NCBI GenBank assembly: GCA_018241685.1
Contig: JAFEDJ010000019.1
Location: forward strand, 1,265 to 65,264
Direction of reading: 5' to 3'
DNA: 64,000 bases
Source: Pseudomonadota bacterium
Lineage (GTDB): Bacteria > Pseudomonadota > Gammaproteobacteria > Burkholderiales > Rhodocyclaceae
The position numbers were made by a program, and so were the translations under genes. Shown here in pieces: positions 39,491-50,966 of the stretch. Within the stretch, counting starts at the first letter, position 1; each line of letters begins with the position of its first letter. Below the pieces are notes generated by a model that was given only the letters and a program-made list of their open reading frames with translations, ran no database searches and was not told where the DNA came from.

Positions 39491-39871
39491 TTGGGTACTA
39501 AGCTTTACGTGGGCAATCTGGCCTACACAGTGGATAAGAGTCGTCTGGAAGAGATTTTTCACGAGTTCGGCACCGTGGCTTCGGCCCAGGTGATCATGGA
39601 TCGTGAAACCGGCCGCTCCAAGGGGTTTGGCTTTGTCGAGATGGGTTCGGATGACGAGGCCCAGGCAGCGATCGCAGGCGCCAATGGTAAAAATTACGAT
39701 GGCCGCAACCTCACGGTGAATGAGGCACGCCCGCAGGAGCCGCGTAGCGGTTTCGGCGGACCCCGTCGGGGTCCGGGGGGCGGAGGCGGTGGTGGCGGTT
39801 TCGGAGGCGGCGGTGGCCGACGAGGTCCGGGCGGTGGCTCTGGCTTCGGCGGTGGCGGCGGACGTTACTGA
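39491..39871 (+). CDS. RRM (RNP-1) RNA-binding protein with Gly-rich tail
   Basis: KLYVGNL (RNP-2), SKGFGFVEM (RNP-1), GR.LTVNEAR; TTG start after GGAG. Confidence 0.92.
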   Translation: MGTKLYVGNLAYTVDKSRLEEIFHEFGTVASAQVIMDRETGRSKGFGFVEMGSDDEAQAAIAGANGKNYDGRNLTVNEARPQEPRSGFGGPRRGPGGGGGGGGFGGGGGRRGPGGGSGFGGGGGRY

Positions 39872-39904
39872 ACCGTATCCCGAGAAGGCATTTCTTCATG
39901 CCGG

Positions 39905-39943
39905 GTTTCCCGCCCGAGCGTCATAAGGCGGGCGGGAAACTTT
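39905..39943 (+). terminator. Intrinsic terminator-like hairpin
   Basis: GTTTCCCGCCCG...CGGGCGGGAAAC followed by TTT; lies between convergent genes. Confidence 0.65.
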
Positions 39944-40035
39944 CACGAAGCGCGTAGTACACGTATGGTGCTGTACGCGTTTGGTCTGTGCTGAGAGTCC
40001 CCCGATAATGCATTTTCTTCTGTCGGAGGCATCCT

Positions 40036-41727
40036 TCAGGCGGCTTCGAAATGTTCCAGCATCAGCTGGATGTTCGCGGCACCGTTGTATTCATTGACTG
40101 CCAGCCGGAAGGCCGCGTGAATCTGCGGTCCCGCCGAGGTGGTGCAGTTGAACTGGATGGCATCGATCCGCGTGTTGCCCTTGCGCAGCTGGAGCTTGAG
40201 GTGCTTGTCTTTTAGGATGCGCTGGTTCTCGACGCGGAAGGTATCGTCGAAGATCGGGGCAGCAAAGCCTTGGCCCCAGATTTCCCGTTCCAGTAGCCTC
40301 GCCGTTTCCAGGTTGTAGAGGCTGTCTTCCAGTGCGCCGTCGGTTTCCAGGCTGCGGGTCAGGTCGGCCGGGTCGATCAGCGACTGCACAACGGCTTCGA
40401 ACAGACTTTCAAAACGTGCCAGATCGCTCTCACGGATGGTGAGGCCTGCGGCCATCGCGTGTCCGCCGAACTTCAGGACCAGATCCGGTGCCTGCTTGGT
40501 CACCAGATCGAGCGCGTCGCGCAAGTGGAGGCCGGGAATCGAACGCCCAGAGCCTTTCAGCTGTCCTTCGTCGCCACGGGCAAAGGCCACCGTGGGGCGG
40601 TGGAACTTCTCCTTGATGCGTCCGGCCAGGATGCCGATTACGCCCTGGTGCCACTCGGGCTGGAACAAGGTCAGCGTGGCCCGGCTGCCCGGGTCGATTC
40701 CGTCCAGTTCGAGCATCGCGCCTTCCTGCATCTCCGCTTCTATGCTGCGCCGTTCCCGGTTGAGGCGGTCGAGTTCCTGGGCGATGTTGAGGGCGCGGCC
40801 CATGTCATCGGTGATCAGGCATTCGATGCCGAGGGACATGTCGGCCAGGCGGCCGGCGGCGTTGAGGCGCGGGCCCAGCGCAAAACCCATGTCGAAGGTG
40901 GTGGCGCGGGTCGCATCGCGTCCGGCTGCTGCAAAAAGCGCCCGGATGCCCGGTTGCATGCGGTCGGCCCGCATGCGCTGCAGGCCCTGGGACACCAGGA
41001 TGCGGTTGTTGTGGTCGAGCTTTACCACGTCAGCGACGGTGCCGAGCGCCACCAGGTCGAGCAGTTCGGCCAGATTCGGCTCTGCACGCCCTTGGAAGAG
41101 GCCACGGTCGCGCAGTTCGGCACGCAGGGCCAGCATCGTGTAGAACATGACGCCGACGCCGGCCAATGCCTTGCTCGGGAATAGGCAGCCGGGCTGGTTG
41201 GGGTTCACGATCACATCGGCTTCGGGCAGCGTGTCGCCCGGCAGGTGGTGGTCGGTGATCACCGTGGCAATACCGTGCTCCCGGGCTGCCGCGACGCCTT
41301 CGACGCTGGCGATGCCGTTGTCTACTGTGATCAGCAGGTCGGGCTCCATCTTGGCTGCCAGCTCGACGATGGCGGGCGTCAGCCCGTAGCCGTATTCGAA
41401 GCGGTTGGGCACCAGGTAGCCGACTTCGGCGCCAAAGGCGCGTAGCGCACGAATACCGACCGCGCAGGCGGTGGCGCCGTCGCAGTCGTAGTCGGCGACG
41501 ATAAGCATGCGGGCGCCGGCTTCTATGGCGTCGGCGAGGATCTGCGCCGCATCCTGAACACCTTTCAGCTGCTGGGGCGGAATCAGGGCCTTGAGGCTGT
41601 AGTCGAGCTCTTCCCGGTTCTCGATGCCGCGGGCTGCGTAGATGCGGGCCAGCAGCGGATGAGTGCCGGCCTCCAGCAGGTGGGTGATCGCGCGGGTGGG
41701 AACAGGGCGGGGGAGAATACGGGTCAT
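40036..41727 (-). CDS. recJ: ssDNA exonuclease RecJ
   Basis: DYDCDG, PNRF..GYG, TVDNG, TDHH, LVALGTVADVV, PRLNAAGR, GGHAMAAG. Confidence 0.96.
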   Translation of the reverse strand: MTRILPRPVPTRAITHLLEAGTHPLLARIYAARGIENREELDYSLKALIPPQQLKGVQDAAQILADAIEAGARMLIVADYDCDGATACAVGIRALRAFGAEVGYLVPNRFEYGYGLTPAIVELAAKMEPDLLITVDNGIASVEGVAAAREHGIATVITDHHLPGDTLPEADVIVNPNQPGCLFPSKALAGVGVMFYTMLALRAELRDRGLFQGRAEPNLAELLDLVALGTVADVVKLDHNNRILVSQGLQRMRADRMQPGIRALFAAAGRDATRATTFDMGFALGPRLNAAGRLADMSLGIECLITDDMGRALNIAQELDRLNRERRSIEAEMQEGAMLELDGIDPGSRATLTLFQPEWHQGVIGILAGRIKEKFHRPTVAFARGDEGQLKGSGRSIPGLHLRDALDLVTKQAPDLVLKFGGHAMAAGLTIRESDLARFESLFEAVVQSLIDPADLTRSLETDGALEDSLYNLETARLLEREIWGQGFAAPIFDDTFRVENQRILKDKHLKLQLRKGNTRIDAIQFNCTTSAGPQIHAAFRLAVNEYNGAANIQLMLEHFEAA

Positions 41728-42755
41728 GGCGTTTGGGCGGCGGGTTGAGGGGCTGCGGCGAGCACGCTGCCAAGCGTGCGTGGCTTGCGCCAGAACTTCC
41801 AGAGTCCGCTCGAGCCGACGTCGAGTTGCAAGGTGTGGCGGTCGTTGGGCACGCTGATGCGGATCGCTTCCAGCTTGCGCGTCTTGAGGTCTGACAGCAA
41901 CGGGGCGAACCAGTTGGTTTCCAGGGCCTGCAGCGCCCGGCACCAGCCTTCCCGGTCCATATGGAGAAGGGGGCGCTGGAGGTCGTCGATCAGCGCGAGG
42001 CCGTTGCCGTCCGGACGGTGGTAATGGTCAGTCGCCGCAGGGCTCAGGCCCGCGTGGCTGGCGAGGCCGCGGGCGAAGGGCTGGTCGGCCTGCAGAGCGG
42101 CGAACGGCCGAGAGCCGGAGGCGGCTGCCGTGCCATTGCCCCACAGCCAGACGCCATTGATGGTGCGCTGGCCCCGTTCCTCCCGCGCCGCATTGACTGG
42201 GTGGCTGAACAACCAGACTTCAATCTCGTTGGAAAGGCGCGCCCAGCGCGGGACGTCTTCACCTTCGGGGAGGAAGAGTTGCACCGGGCGGCCATTGACG
42301 TCGGCAAGGGGATGGAACTCCGGCTGCGGCTCGGCAGCCAGACGGACGTACCAGCGGTCTGGAGCCGGTGCTTCGAAGTGCCCGATGTCCGCGAAAGTCT
42401 CGTTCAGCCCATCCATCAGCGCATGGGCTTCCTCGCGTGTGATGTCGAGCCCGCCAGCGTCGTTGAGCAGCAGCGTGTCGCGGGAGAAGTGCAGGTGGAC
42501 CGGGTCGCAGCACAGCCAGTGACCGTCGGTCGGGGCTGGTGTGCGTTCCCCGAAGCGCCGGAAGCGCGCGTGGGGCAGGCGATCCGTGAGTCCGAAACGT
42601 TCAGCCAGTAAGGTTTCCGGCGTGCTGCGCGGCGTCCAGATTGCCTCGGAGAAGCCAAGCAGCTTGGACAGGGTGGGCAGTGCCAGATCGTCGGCGGGAT
42701 GATGGCCGGGCCCGGTGGGCCAGTCCAGTCCGGGCAGGATCAACTCGAAGTGCAT
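41724..42755 (-). CDS. Phosphoglycerate-mutase-like protein usually found upstream of recJ
   Basis: WLCCDPVH, NEIE.WLF.HPVN.AR..RG...INGVWLWG. Confidence 0.8.
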   Translation of the reverse strand: MHFELILPGLDWPTGPGHHPADDLALPTLSKLLGFSEAIWTPRSTPETLLAERFGLTDRLPHARFRRFGERTPAPTDGHWLCCDPVHLHFSRDTLLLNDAGGLDITREEAHALMDGLNETFADIGHFEAPAPDRWYVRLAAEPQPEFHPLADVNGRPVQLFLPEGEDVPRWARLSNEIEVWLFSHPVNAAREERGQRTINGVWLWGNGTAAASGSRPFAALQADQPFARGLASHAGLSPAATDHYHRPDGNGLALIDDLQRPLLHMDREGWCRALQALETNWFAPLLSDLKTRKLEAIRISVPNDRHTLQLDVGSSGLWKFWRKPRTLGSVLAAAPQPAAQTP

Positions 42756-42895
42756 CGGAACATTCGCTGAAAGCTTACCAGCAGCAGGATGCTGCCGCAG
42801 GTTTTGCCGCAAGCCGTGGAGGACCGGCATCACGACGGGAGTCCAAAAGTACAAAGCCGGGCGCGAGGCCCGGCTCTCTGGACGCGAAGAGTGCC

Positions 42896-43783
42896 TTATT
42901 TCTTCTTCTTCGTCGACTTGGACTTGGTCGTCGTTGCGTCGTTGCTGCCACCCGTGCTGCCGCCCTGTACGCCGAGCTGGCCGCCGGTGCCGAGGCCGCC
43001 CTTCACTTCCTGGGCCTTGTAGTTCTTCACGGCCTTGACCACGTTGTTGTAGGCGTCGGTGAACGCGGCAACGATGACCTTGCCTTCCGCGGTGTTGGTG
43101 TAGCCGCCGAGGCCACCACCGAGGCCGCCGCCAAACAGCGCGCCCATGCCGCCGAAGTCCATGTTGCGGGCGCTGCCTTCGGCCGCCACGAGTTGGACGC
43201 TGGAGCGGTTGTCGACCATCGTCAGCATGGTGCTGGCTTCCTTGACGTTGATGCTGCCAACGACCGCACCGAGCACGCCGCCACCGATGCCGCCCAGGCC
43301 CCCGGTCATGCCGCCCGCGTTGTTGTTGCTGAAGGTGATCGACGGGCTCATGGAGTAGTCGGCGGAGGCCATCTGGCCCTTGCCGAAATTGGAGTTGGAG
43401 CGCAGTTCGCCCGACTGCTGCAGGGCGCGTTCCTGCATCATGTTGTTCATCGCGCGGCCGCGCTCGACCACCACGAAACAGTTGGACTGCTGGATCAGCA
43501 GCTTGAGCACGGGGACGGTCGAGCCGAGCTTCATCTGCCCGGTGAGCACGCCATACCAGGGGGCTCCGGTGTCTTCCACCACGGCGATCGTGCCGAGGGG
43601 GGCTGTGCACTTCTCTAGGGTGGAGTTGGCGTTCTGGGAATTGGCGCCGCCGGCCGAACCGGTGGCGGTAGTCTTGGCTTCCTGTGAGCCCATTTGCATG
43701 TTTGCACAGCCAGACAAGGCTAGCAGCCCGGCGAGAAGGGCGATTTTGTGACGGTATCCTGCCGAGGTTGAAAGGGCTTTCAT
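42896..43783 (-). CDS. CsgG/HfaB-family lipoprotein
   Basis: Lipobox LSGC; LLIQQSNCF.VVERG, GELR..SNFG.GQM..AD. Confidence 0.85.
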   Translation of the reverse strand: MKALSTSAGYRHKIALLAGLLALSGCANMQMGSQEAKTTATGSAGGANSQNANSTLEKCTAPLGTIAVVEDTGAPWYGVLTGQMKLGSTVPVLKLLIQQSNCFVVVERGRAMNNMMQERALQQSGELRSNSNFGKGQMASADYSMSPSITFSNNNAGGMTGGLGGIGGGVLGAVVGSINVKEASTMLTMVDNRSSVQLVAAEGSARNMDFGGMGALFGGGLGGGLGGYTNTAEGKVIVAAFTDAYNNVVKAVKNYKAQEVKGGLGTGGQLGVQGGSTGGSNDATTTKSKSTKKKK

Positions 43784-43879
43784 GATTTCCCCTGGAGTTT
43801 GATGGGTTGAGAACGGATGCTGAACGTTTTTGTCGTTTCTGCCGAGTATTTTAGCGACTGTGCATGGGCTTATCGAGAA

Positions 43880-45475
43880 TCATTTTGAATGCGCGGCACC
43901 AAGCATGGCTGCGCCAAAACGGCTTGAGCAGGCGAGAGCCTGACTCGGACCGAGGTTGCGCGTTTCACTGAATAGACAAGTGCGGCTGCCATCTCCGGAC
44001 AGGAACTCCTGGGTGAGTTCGTGAATGCCAACTGCATCGGTTCGCAGCAGCGCGGACGGGCCGTCCGAGACAAAGCCCGCGCGCGCCGGTCTACGGATGG
44101 CGTCAGCGACAATGACAAGCCATTCGCCATCCTTTTCTGCTGCCAGCGGGATTTCGATGTCGGCGCTGCGTTGAATCGGAGCTTGCTGACTGTTCCCTGC
44201 GGGGTAGAGCAGGCGGACGTCGCTGCGGCCGGCCGACAGCACATACACGTAACCCGCTTCGCTGCTGCTCACGCGCAGGCGGGTCGAGCCTGTTGCCGCG
44301 GACAGTCGGGTCACGTCGACGCGCCGTCGTTGATCGCGCTGGGCGTGGATGATGCGTAGAAACTGGCGGGCGTCGCGGCTTGGTTGGTCGGAGGGCTGCA
44401 GCGCGAGGACGAGATCGCCATTGCCTGCCAAGCCGGGATGCTGAGTGCCAGGGCTGGCGGCGATGCGTTGTCGACTGCAAGAGATCAAGGCATCGCCAGT
44501 GAGCAGGCCCGATGGGCTGTCGAAGGCGGGCTCACCGGACAGGCAGGCATGGAGGGCCTGGCTGAAGAGGCCACCAGCCGGTGTGCCACCCGCGTTCTCG
44601 TTCGGGCGGCTGGCTGTCAGGATGGCCACGTTGGCTGGGAGGCGGCTGAACTCGCTGCTGGATGGCGTTGCCTTGCAGCCTGGATCAGACAAGGCTCGGG
44701 CAAAGCGGGTCGAGATTGTGGTTGCGTTGGGACCGTCACCGCGGCCAGCATCGAGGATCAGGAAGATCTTGTCGGCTTTGCTGGCGAGCAGTTGCAGATG
44801 GTGAGCCAGCTCCTCGAAGGAAAAGGCGCTGCCGTCATGGGTCAGGATCGCCTCGCCGCATCGTCCGGATACCTGGCGATGAATGCCGAAGGCAGAAAGG
44901 TAGATGAAGGCGCGGTCGCCGTTGCCCATGTGGGCGTCGAGTTCTGCAAAGGCCTGGTGCAATCCGTCCCGGTCGAGTTCGCTATCGGTGCGATAGCGGA
45001 TGTTGGCGTCGGGCACTCCGCTGAGGCGCGCCATCCCTGCGCCGAGACGGGCGTCGGCTGCACTGCCATCGAGCACGGTGGACGGAGTTCCGGGAGGCTG
45101 GCCTATCGTGAGGATCAGCGCATGCTGGCTGGCGCGGGGGAGCGGACGCCATGCGTTGCCACCGGCGCCCGAGGTGGCGAATGTCTGGCTGCGGCCTGGT
45201 TCCGCCGCGGCGGTGCGGCTGCGGTCCAGGCTGGTATCCCGGAGCCAACCCGTCCGTCCGCCGGCTGCTTCGACGCGCGTCCAGCCGTTTTGGGCTTCGA
45301 GTACCTGAACTTCGGTGCGGCGCGTGACGTCCATAATGCTGTGCGCCGAGATGGAAGGCTGCGTACGCAGGGGCTCGGAGCGGATCAGCTGCGCGCTTTC
45401 CGCGTGCCCGGCAAGCGGATGAAGGACGAGGGCTGCGGCGGCCAGCAGGGCAGCAAGGTTGGAAGGTGGCATCAC
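43880..45475 (-). CDS. Secreted SH3b + inactive caspase-like (C14) + DUF4384-like protein
   Basis: Signal peptide; SH3 (GWTRVE..GGRTGW); ALILTIG, FIYLSAFG and FLILDAGR; C-terminal LRVSSSEAGYVYVL. Confidence 0.7.
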   Translation of the reverse strand: MMPPSNLAALLAAAALVLHPLAGHAESAQLIRSEPLRTQPSISAHSIMDVTRRTEVQVLEAQNGWTRVEAAGGRTGWLRDTSLDRSRTAAAEPGRSQTFATSGAGGNAWRPLPRASQHALILTIGQPPGTPSTVLDGSAADARLGAGMARLSGVPDANIRYRTDSELDRDGLHQAFAELDAHMGNGDRAFIYLSAFGIHRQVSGRCGEAILTHDGSAFSFEELAHHLQLLASKADKIFLILDAGRGDGPNATTISTRFARALSDPGCKATPSSSEFSRLPANVAILTASRPNENAGGTPAGGLFSQALHACLSGEPAFDSPSGLLTGDALISCSRQRIAASPGTQHPGLAGNGDLVLALQPSDQPSRDARQFLRIIHAQRDQRRRVDVTRLSAATGSTRLRVSSSEAGYVYVLSAGRSDVRLLYPAGNSQQAPIQRSADIEIPLAAEKDGEWLVIVADAIRRPARAGFVSDGPSALLRTDAVGIHELTQEFLSGDGSRTCLFSETRNLGPSQALACSSRFGAAMLGAAHSK

Positions 45476-45633
45476 GCGGTGACGGTCGAAGCTCGGGTTG
45501 CCGGATTATCGGGGCGAGACGATGACAAATGTAAGGAGATAATTCTCACGCCACGCGCGGGATACCCAGCATCGGCCAACTCCGGCACAATGCGCCCCTG
45601 ATCCGCTATCCGGTTATCCGGTTGCCCATCCCG

Positions 45634-46887
45634 ATGTCTTACGAATTCCTCGTCGGCCTGCGTTACACCCGCTCCAAACGGCGTGCGCAGGGCCGCAATC
45701 GTTTCATTTCCTTCATTTCGCTCGTTTCCATGCTGGGCATCGCCCTCGGCGTGGCGGCGCTCATCGTCGTGCTGTCGGTGATGAACGGCTTCCAGCGTGA
45801 ACTGCGTACGCGCATCCTGGGGGTTGCGTCCCATGTGCAGGTGACGGGTTTCGACGGCGAGCTGGCCAGTTGGCAGCGGGTTGCCGACGAGGCCACCAAG
45901 CATCCGCGGGTCAAGGCGGCGGCGCCCTTCGTGCAGGCCCAGGGCATGCTGTCCTTCGACCAGACCGTGCAGGGCACGCTGGTCCGCGGGGTGTTACCGG
46001 ATGCCGAGGACAAGGTGGCCGATTTCGCGCAGCACATGCGCGCCGGGCGGCTCGACGACCTGCAGCCCGGCGGCTTCGGCATCGTGCTCGGTGCCGATCT
46101 GGCGCGGGCGCTGCGGGTGTCGGTCGGCGACAAGGTCACGCTGATCGCGCCGCAGGGGCTGGTCACGCCGGCGGCGATCCTGCCGCGCCTGAAGCAATTC
46201 CGGGTGGTGGGGATTTTCGAGGTCGGCATGTACGAGTACGACTCCAGTCTGGCTTTGATTCACCTGCAGGACGCCCAGACCTTGTATCGCATGGACGACA
46301 GGGTGTCGGGCGTGCGCTTGAAGGTCGATGATCTCTTCGAGGCACCGCGGGTGGCACGTGAATTGGTCAAGTATGTGGATGCGGACCTGCTGGTGTCCGA
46401 CTGGACCCGCAGCCACGCCAATTTCTTCCGTGCGGTGCAGATCGAGAAGAACGTGATGTTCATCATCCTGTTGCTGATCGTCGCGGTGGCGGCTTTCAAT
46501 ATCGTGTCCACGCTGGTGATGGCGGTGCAGGACAAGCAGGCCGACATTGCCATTCTGCGCACGCTGGGGGCGAGCCCGGGCTCGATCATGAGCATCTTCG
46601 TGATCCAGGGGGCGTTGATCGGCTTCATCGGGCTGGCCATCGGTGTGATCGGTGGGGTCACCCTGGCGCTCAACATTGATGTGGTTGTACCGGCCATCGA
46701 ACGGACCTTCGGTATCCAGTTCCTTGCGAAAGACGTGTATTACATTTCCGACCTGCCGTCCGAGCTACTGTGGTCGGACGTGATCGCCATCACCGTGGTG
46801 TCCTTCGTGCTGACGCTGGTGGCGACGCTCTACCCGAGCTGGCGTGCATCGCGCCTCAACCCTGCGGAGGCCCTGCGCTATGAATGA
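45634..46887 (+). CDS. lolC: Lipoprotein-releasing ABC permease LolC/E
   Basis: [42 protein letters not shown]. Confidence 0.93.
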   Translation: MSYEFLVGLRYTRSKRRAQGRNRFISFISLVSMLGIALGVAALIVVLSVMNGFQRELRTRILGVASHVQVTGFDGELASWQRVADEATKHPRVKAAAPFVQAQGMLSFDQTVQGTLVRGVLPDAEDKVADFAQHMRAGRLDDLQPGGFGIVLGADLARALRVSVGDKVTLIAPQGLVTPAAILPRLKQFRVVGIFEVGMYEYDSSLALIHLQDAQTLYRMDDRVSGVRLKVDDLFEAPRVARELVKYVDADLLVSDWTRSHANFFRAVQIEKNVMFIILLLIVAVAAFNIVSTLVMAVQDKQADIAILRTLGASPGSIMSIFVIQGALIGFIGLAIGVIGGVTLALNIDVVVPAIERTFGIQFLAKDVYYISDLPSELLWSDVIAITVVSFVLTLVATLYPSWRASRLNPAEALRYE

Positions 46888-47578
46888 CGTGACCAAGCCG
46901 CGCACGGTGCTGGAGTGCAAGGGGCTGTCCAAGTCCTTCCGAGAAGGCGCCGATGCGCTGGAGGTGCTGCGGGACGTGAGCCTGTCGGTGGAGCGCAGCG
47001 AGCGCTTGGCCATCGTCGGCTCCTCGGGCTCGGGCAAGAGCACACTGCTGCACCTGCTGGGGGGGTTGGATGTGCCGTCGGCTGGCGAAGTGCGCTTGCT
47101 CGGCAGGAATTTCTCGACCATTTCCGATGCGGAGCGGGGGCGCCTGCGCAACCAATCCCTTGGTTTCGTGTATCAGTTTCACCACCTGCTGGCGGAGTTC
47201 TCTGCGGTGGAGAACGTTGCCATGCCCTTGTTCGTGCGGCGCATGGACAAGGAAGAAGCTATGGCACAGGCGATGGAAACCCTCAAGGCGGTGGGCCTTG
47301 GGCATCGCCTTGACCACACGCCCGGCGAACTGTCGGGCGGCGAGCGCCAGCGCGCCGCTATTGCCCGGGCGCTGGTGACGCGGCCGGCCTGCGTGCTGGC
47401 CGACGAGCCGACCGGTAATCTCGACCGCCAGACTGCAGAGAAGGTCTTCGGCCTGATGCTCGAACTGGCCGAGGAGCAGGGAACCAGCTTCGTCATCGTC
47501 ACGCATGACACACAGCTGGCTGCCAGGGCCAGCCGCGTCCTGCAACTGCGCGACGGGATTCTCGGCGCCTCCGACTGA
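46880..47578 (+). CDS. lolD: Lipoprotein-releasing ABC ATPase LolD
   Basis: [37 protein letters not shown]. Confidence 0.95.
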   Translation: MNDVTKPRTVLECKGLSKSFREGADALEVLRDVSLSVERSERLAIVGSSGSGKSTLLHLLGGLDVPSAGEVRLLGRNFSTISDAERGRLRNQSLGFVYQFHHLLAEFSAVENVAMPLFVRRMDKEEAMAQAMETLKAVGLGHRLDHTPGELSGGERQRAAIARALVTRPACVLADEPTGNLDRQTAEKVFGLMLELAEEQGTSFVIVTHDTQLAARASRVLQLRDGILGASD

Positions 47579-47703
47579 GCGCTGTTGGATTGCCCGCAGG
47601 GCCGATCGCAGCCGGGTTGCCTCTCGCAGCCCGGATATCGCTTCAATCTGTTCAAGTCTTTTCTAGACTGAATAACCCATTGCGTTATCTGTAGTCCCGT
47701 AAT

Positions 47704-47731
47704 TCAAGGGCTGCAGGGTTCTGGCCGATAA
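47704..47731 (+). promoter_or_regulatory. Putative sigma28 (FliA) promoter
   Basis: TCAAG...GCCGATAA (perfect -10 at 47724-47731) 54 bp upstream of an MCP gene. Confidence 0.7.
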
Positions 47732-47784
47732 AAGGGGCGTGGCAGGCGGCGCTCCGGCTGCCAACCAGATTTCCAGGAGTCAGC

Positions 47785-49806
47785 ATGAAAGCTTTTTTTT
47801 CACCAGCCGTGAGCATGCTCAACCGCATGCGCTATCCGGCCAAGTTCACGCTGTTGGGCCTGATCGCCTTTCTGGTGGTCGGTTTCCTGCTGGCTCAGTT
47901 GACCGTTTCCCTGCGTGCCGACATCGTCTTCACGGAAAAGGAACTGGGTTCGATGGACGGGGTGCCGCGGGTGCTCAAGCTCATCGAGCTGGTGCAGCAA
48001 CATCGCGGCCTGTCTTCCGGCGTGCTGAATGGCAACGAGGAGTTACGGCCGCGTCTGCAGAAGAAGACGGAGGAGGTCGTGGCGGCAGTCGTGGCGGCAG
48101 AGAGCGTGCTTGCCGCTGATGCGGCGCCGTCGGCCAGCAAGCGCTGGACGGAGGTCAAGACGGCCTGGGAGGTGATCCGTGGCGGCGGCCTGCAGATGCC
48201 CCCGCGGGAGAACCTGCAGGCCCATACCGCGATGATCCGCAAGATCGTGCTGACGCTGCATGACCTGGGTGATGACGGCAACCTGGCCCTTGATCCGTCC
48301 CCGGACACCTACTACCTGATCGATAACATGCTGCGGCGGGTGCCGGATGTTTCCGAGCGTCTCGGCCGGTTGCGTGCACTGGGTACTGGCGCGCTGGCGG
48401 CGAAGAGCGTGGATGAACAGCGGCGTTTCGACATCAGCTCCCAGTTGGGCGAGCTGAACATGGCGGTGACCGACCTGAACGAGAACTTCGACCGTTCGGG
48501 CATTGCTAATCGTCATATCCAGGGCGCGCTGGATGCGTTGCGCAAGGAACTCAACGCGGGGACTGCCAACGTGATCGACCAACTTCAGAACCATCTTCTG
48601 AAAGGGGATTACGAGATGGCCGCGCCGGCCTATTTCGACATGGTCACCAAGAGCATCGACATCGTGTTTGCCAAGACCTACCAGGACCTGATTCCCGAGG
48701 CGAGGGGCTTGCTGGTCGCTCGCTTGGCTGCGTCGGAGAAGAAATTCATGCTGGCGGCGGTCCTGTCGTGCACATCGCTGCTGGTCTTGCTCTATTTGTC
48801 GATGGCCTTCTGCCTGTCGGTGATGCAGTCGGTGAGCGAGTTGCGGGCCGGCGCCAAGGAATTGGCTGCGGGTAACCTGCGTGAGCGCATCACGCTGTCG
48901 GCTCGGGATGAACTGCACCTGGTGGCGGACCAGTTCAACGAGATGGCCCAGGCCTTCTCGGACGTGATCACCAAGGTCCAGCGCGGCGCCAACGATGTGG
49001 CTGCGTCCGCGGTATCGTTGGCCAGTTCTGCATCCCAGGTATCGAACGGCTCGGATCAGCAGAGCGCGGCCGCCTCAAATATGGCGGCGGCGGTCGAGGA
49101 GATGACCGTCGGCATCGAGGAGATCGCCAGCAGTGCATCGTCGGCGGAGGGTATTTCTGCGGAGTCCGGGCGCCTGTCTGCGGAAGGGGGCGCCGTCGTG
49201 GCCAGGACAGTGGCCGAGATGGAGCGGATTTCCGTGTCGGTGCGTGAGTCCGCCGACGTGATCCAGGATCTCGGTGATCAGTCCGCGAAGATTTCCGCCA
49301 TCGTCAATTCCATCAAGGAGATTGCCGATCAGACCAATCTGCTGGCCCTCAATGCGGCGATCGAGGCGGCGCGTGCCGGCGAGACCGGCCGGGGCTTCGC
49401 GGTGGTGGCCGATGAGGTGCGGAAGCTGGCTGAGCGGACGGCCAAGGCCACCGATGAGATTACCGGCATGGTCGCGGCCATTCAGCAGGGCACCAGCCGT
49501 GCAGTGGACACCATGCAGGGCGGTGTCGTGCGGGTGCAGGAGGGGGTGGAGCTGGCGGGCCAGGCCGGAGCGTCGATGGACCAGATCCGCGCCGGTGCTA
49601 ATCAGGTGGTGGCCGCGGTGACGGATATTTCGTCGGCCTTGCGGGAGCAGGGTGCGGCAAGTACCGACATCGCCCGCAACGTGGAACAGATCGCCCAGAT
49701 GGCCGAGCAGAATTCGGCTGCGGTGCGGGAAACGGCCAATACGGCGCGTCGTCTTGAAAACCTGGCCCAGCAGCTACGGGCCGAGGTCTCCCACTTCCAT
49801 ATCTGA
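47785..49806 (+). CDS. Methyl-accepting chemotaxis protein
   Basis: Two TM segments, [40 protein letters not shown]. Confidence 0.96.
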   Translation: MKAFFSPAVSMLNRMRYPAKFTLLGLIAFLVVGFLLAQLTVSLRADIVFTEKELGSMDGVPRVLKLIELVQQHRGLSSGVLNGNEELRPRLQKKTEEVVAAVVAAESVLAADAAPSASKRWTEVKTAWEVIRGGGLQMPPRENLQAHTAMIRKIVLTLHDLGDDGNLALDPSPDTYYLIDNMLRRVPDVSERLGRLRALGTGALAAKSVDEQRRFDISSQLGELNMAVTDLNENFDRSGIANRHIQGALDALRKELNAGTANVIDQLQNHLLKGDYEMAAPAYFDMVTKSIDIVFAKTYQDLIPEARGLLVARLAASEKKFMLAAVLSCTSLLVLLYLSMAFCLSVMQSVSELRAGAKELAAGNLRERITLSARDELHLVADQFNEMAQAFSDVITKVQRGANDVAASAVSLASSASQVSNGSDQQSAAASNMAAAVEEMTVGIEEIASSASSAEGISAESGRLSAEGGAVVARTVAEMERISVSVRESADVIQDLGDQSAKISAIVNSIKEIADQTNLLALNAAIEAARAGETGRGFAVVADEVRKLAERTAKATDEITGMVAAIQQGTSRAVDTMQGGVVRVQEGVELAGQAGASMDQIRAGANQVVAAVTDISSALREQGAASTDIARNVEQIAQMAEQNSAAVRETANTARRLENLAQQLRAEVSHFHI

Positions 49807-49859
49807 AACCTGCTGCAGCGGCAGGGTGTGTGCGCCGCTGCAGCCGTCCTTGAGGGTTC

Positions 49860-50966
49860 TTACTCCGGCAGCAGCGCGCCCTCCAGTTCTTGTCGTCCGA
49901 GAGGGGAGGCCATCGCGATCACGTATTGCCCCGGTTCGAGCATGAATTCCTTCGGTGGATTGAAGACGAAATCGCTGCCGCGGCGAACGGCAAGCATTAC
50001 GTAGTTGGGGCTGCGCAGGCGTAGGGTCTCCAGCGCACGGGGTTCGAACCGCTCCGGCACCTCGACCTCCTCGAGGCGCAGCTTGTGCTCGGAGCGCAGC
50101 ATTTCGTCCAGAAACGACACCACGTGCGGGCGGATCATGCTGGACGCGATCCGCATGCCGCCCGTGAAGTCCGGCGAGATCACGCTGTCTGCACCTGCCT
50201 TGCGCAGTTTTTCGGCATTGCGCACCTCGTGGCAGCGCGCCACGATCCGGATACCCGGATTGAGCTGCTTGGCGGTGAACACGATCATCAGGTTGCGGCT
50301 GTCGTCGCCGGTGACGGCGAACAGACCGCGGGCATCCTGGATGCCCGCTGCCAGCAGTAGGTCGTCGTCGGAGGCGTCGCCTCCCAGGTAGATCAGGCCA
50401 GGCAGGCGTTCCCGCTGGGCTTCCAGGGCGGCTTCGTCGGCGTCGATGGCGACGTAGTGCCGGTGGGTTGTGGTCAGCTCGTTGGCCACGTTGCGCCCCA
50501 CGCGACCGAAGCCGCAGATGATGAAATGCTGATGCAGTTTGTGGACCTGCTTTTCCATGCGTCGTCTCCGCAGGGTGTAGTCGAGATCGCTCTCGAGGAA
50601 AAAGACGGTGAGGCTGGTGAACAGGAAGGTCACAGCGCCAAAGCCGGCCAGGGCGATGAGGCCGGCAAAGAGCCGCGCGGCAAAGCCGTCGATCGGTACA
50701 ACCTCGCCATAGCCGACAGTCGTGACCGTAATCAGCGTCATGTAGATGGCGTCGGACAAGTTCGCCTTGTCGCCGCCGGCCCAGTAGAAGCCCACGGTGC
50801 CGAGGAGGATCAGCCCGATCAGCACACCTGCCGCGTAGTAGATGCGCAGCAGGATGCGCGGCAACTGGCTGGTTCGGCTGGACGGTTTCTTGGGATGGTG
50901 TCGTCGCCGCAGATGGAGGTGCTGGCGCAATCGCCGCAGCAGCGCGAGAACGATGGACATCTTCAT
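49860..50966 (-). CDS. Potassium channel with RCK/TrkA domains
   Basis: TTVGYG filter, IICGFGRVG, GDAS, TrkA-C. Confidence 0.92.
   Translation of the reverse strand: MKMSIVLALLRRLRQHLHLRRRHHPKKPSSRTSQLPRILLRIYYAAGVLIGLILLGTVGFYWAGGDKANLSDAIYMTLITVTTVGYGEVVPIDGFAARLFAGLIALAGFGAVTFLFTSLTVFFLESDLDYTLRRRRMEKQVHKLHQHFIICGFGRVGRNVANELTTTHRHYVAIDADEAALEAQRERLPGLIYLGGDASDDDLLLAAGIQDARGLFAVTGDDSRNLMIVFTAKQLNPGIRIVARCHEVRNAEKLRKAGADSVISPDFTGGMRIASSMIRPHVVSFLDEMLRSEHKLRLEEVEVPERFEPRALETLRLRSPNYVMLAVRRGSDFVFNPPKEFMLEPGQYVIAMASPLGRQELEGALLPE

Noticed and set aside
39760-39870. GGC-rich tandem repeats
   Set aside because: They encode the Gly-rich tail of the RRM protein and are not an independent repeat element.
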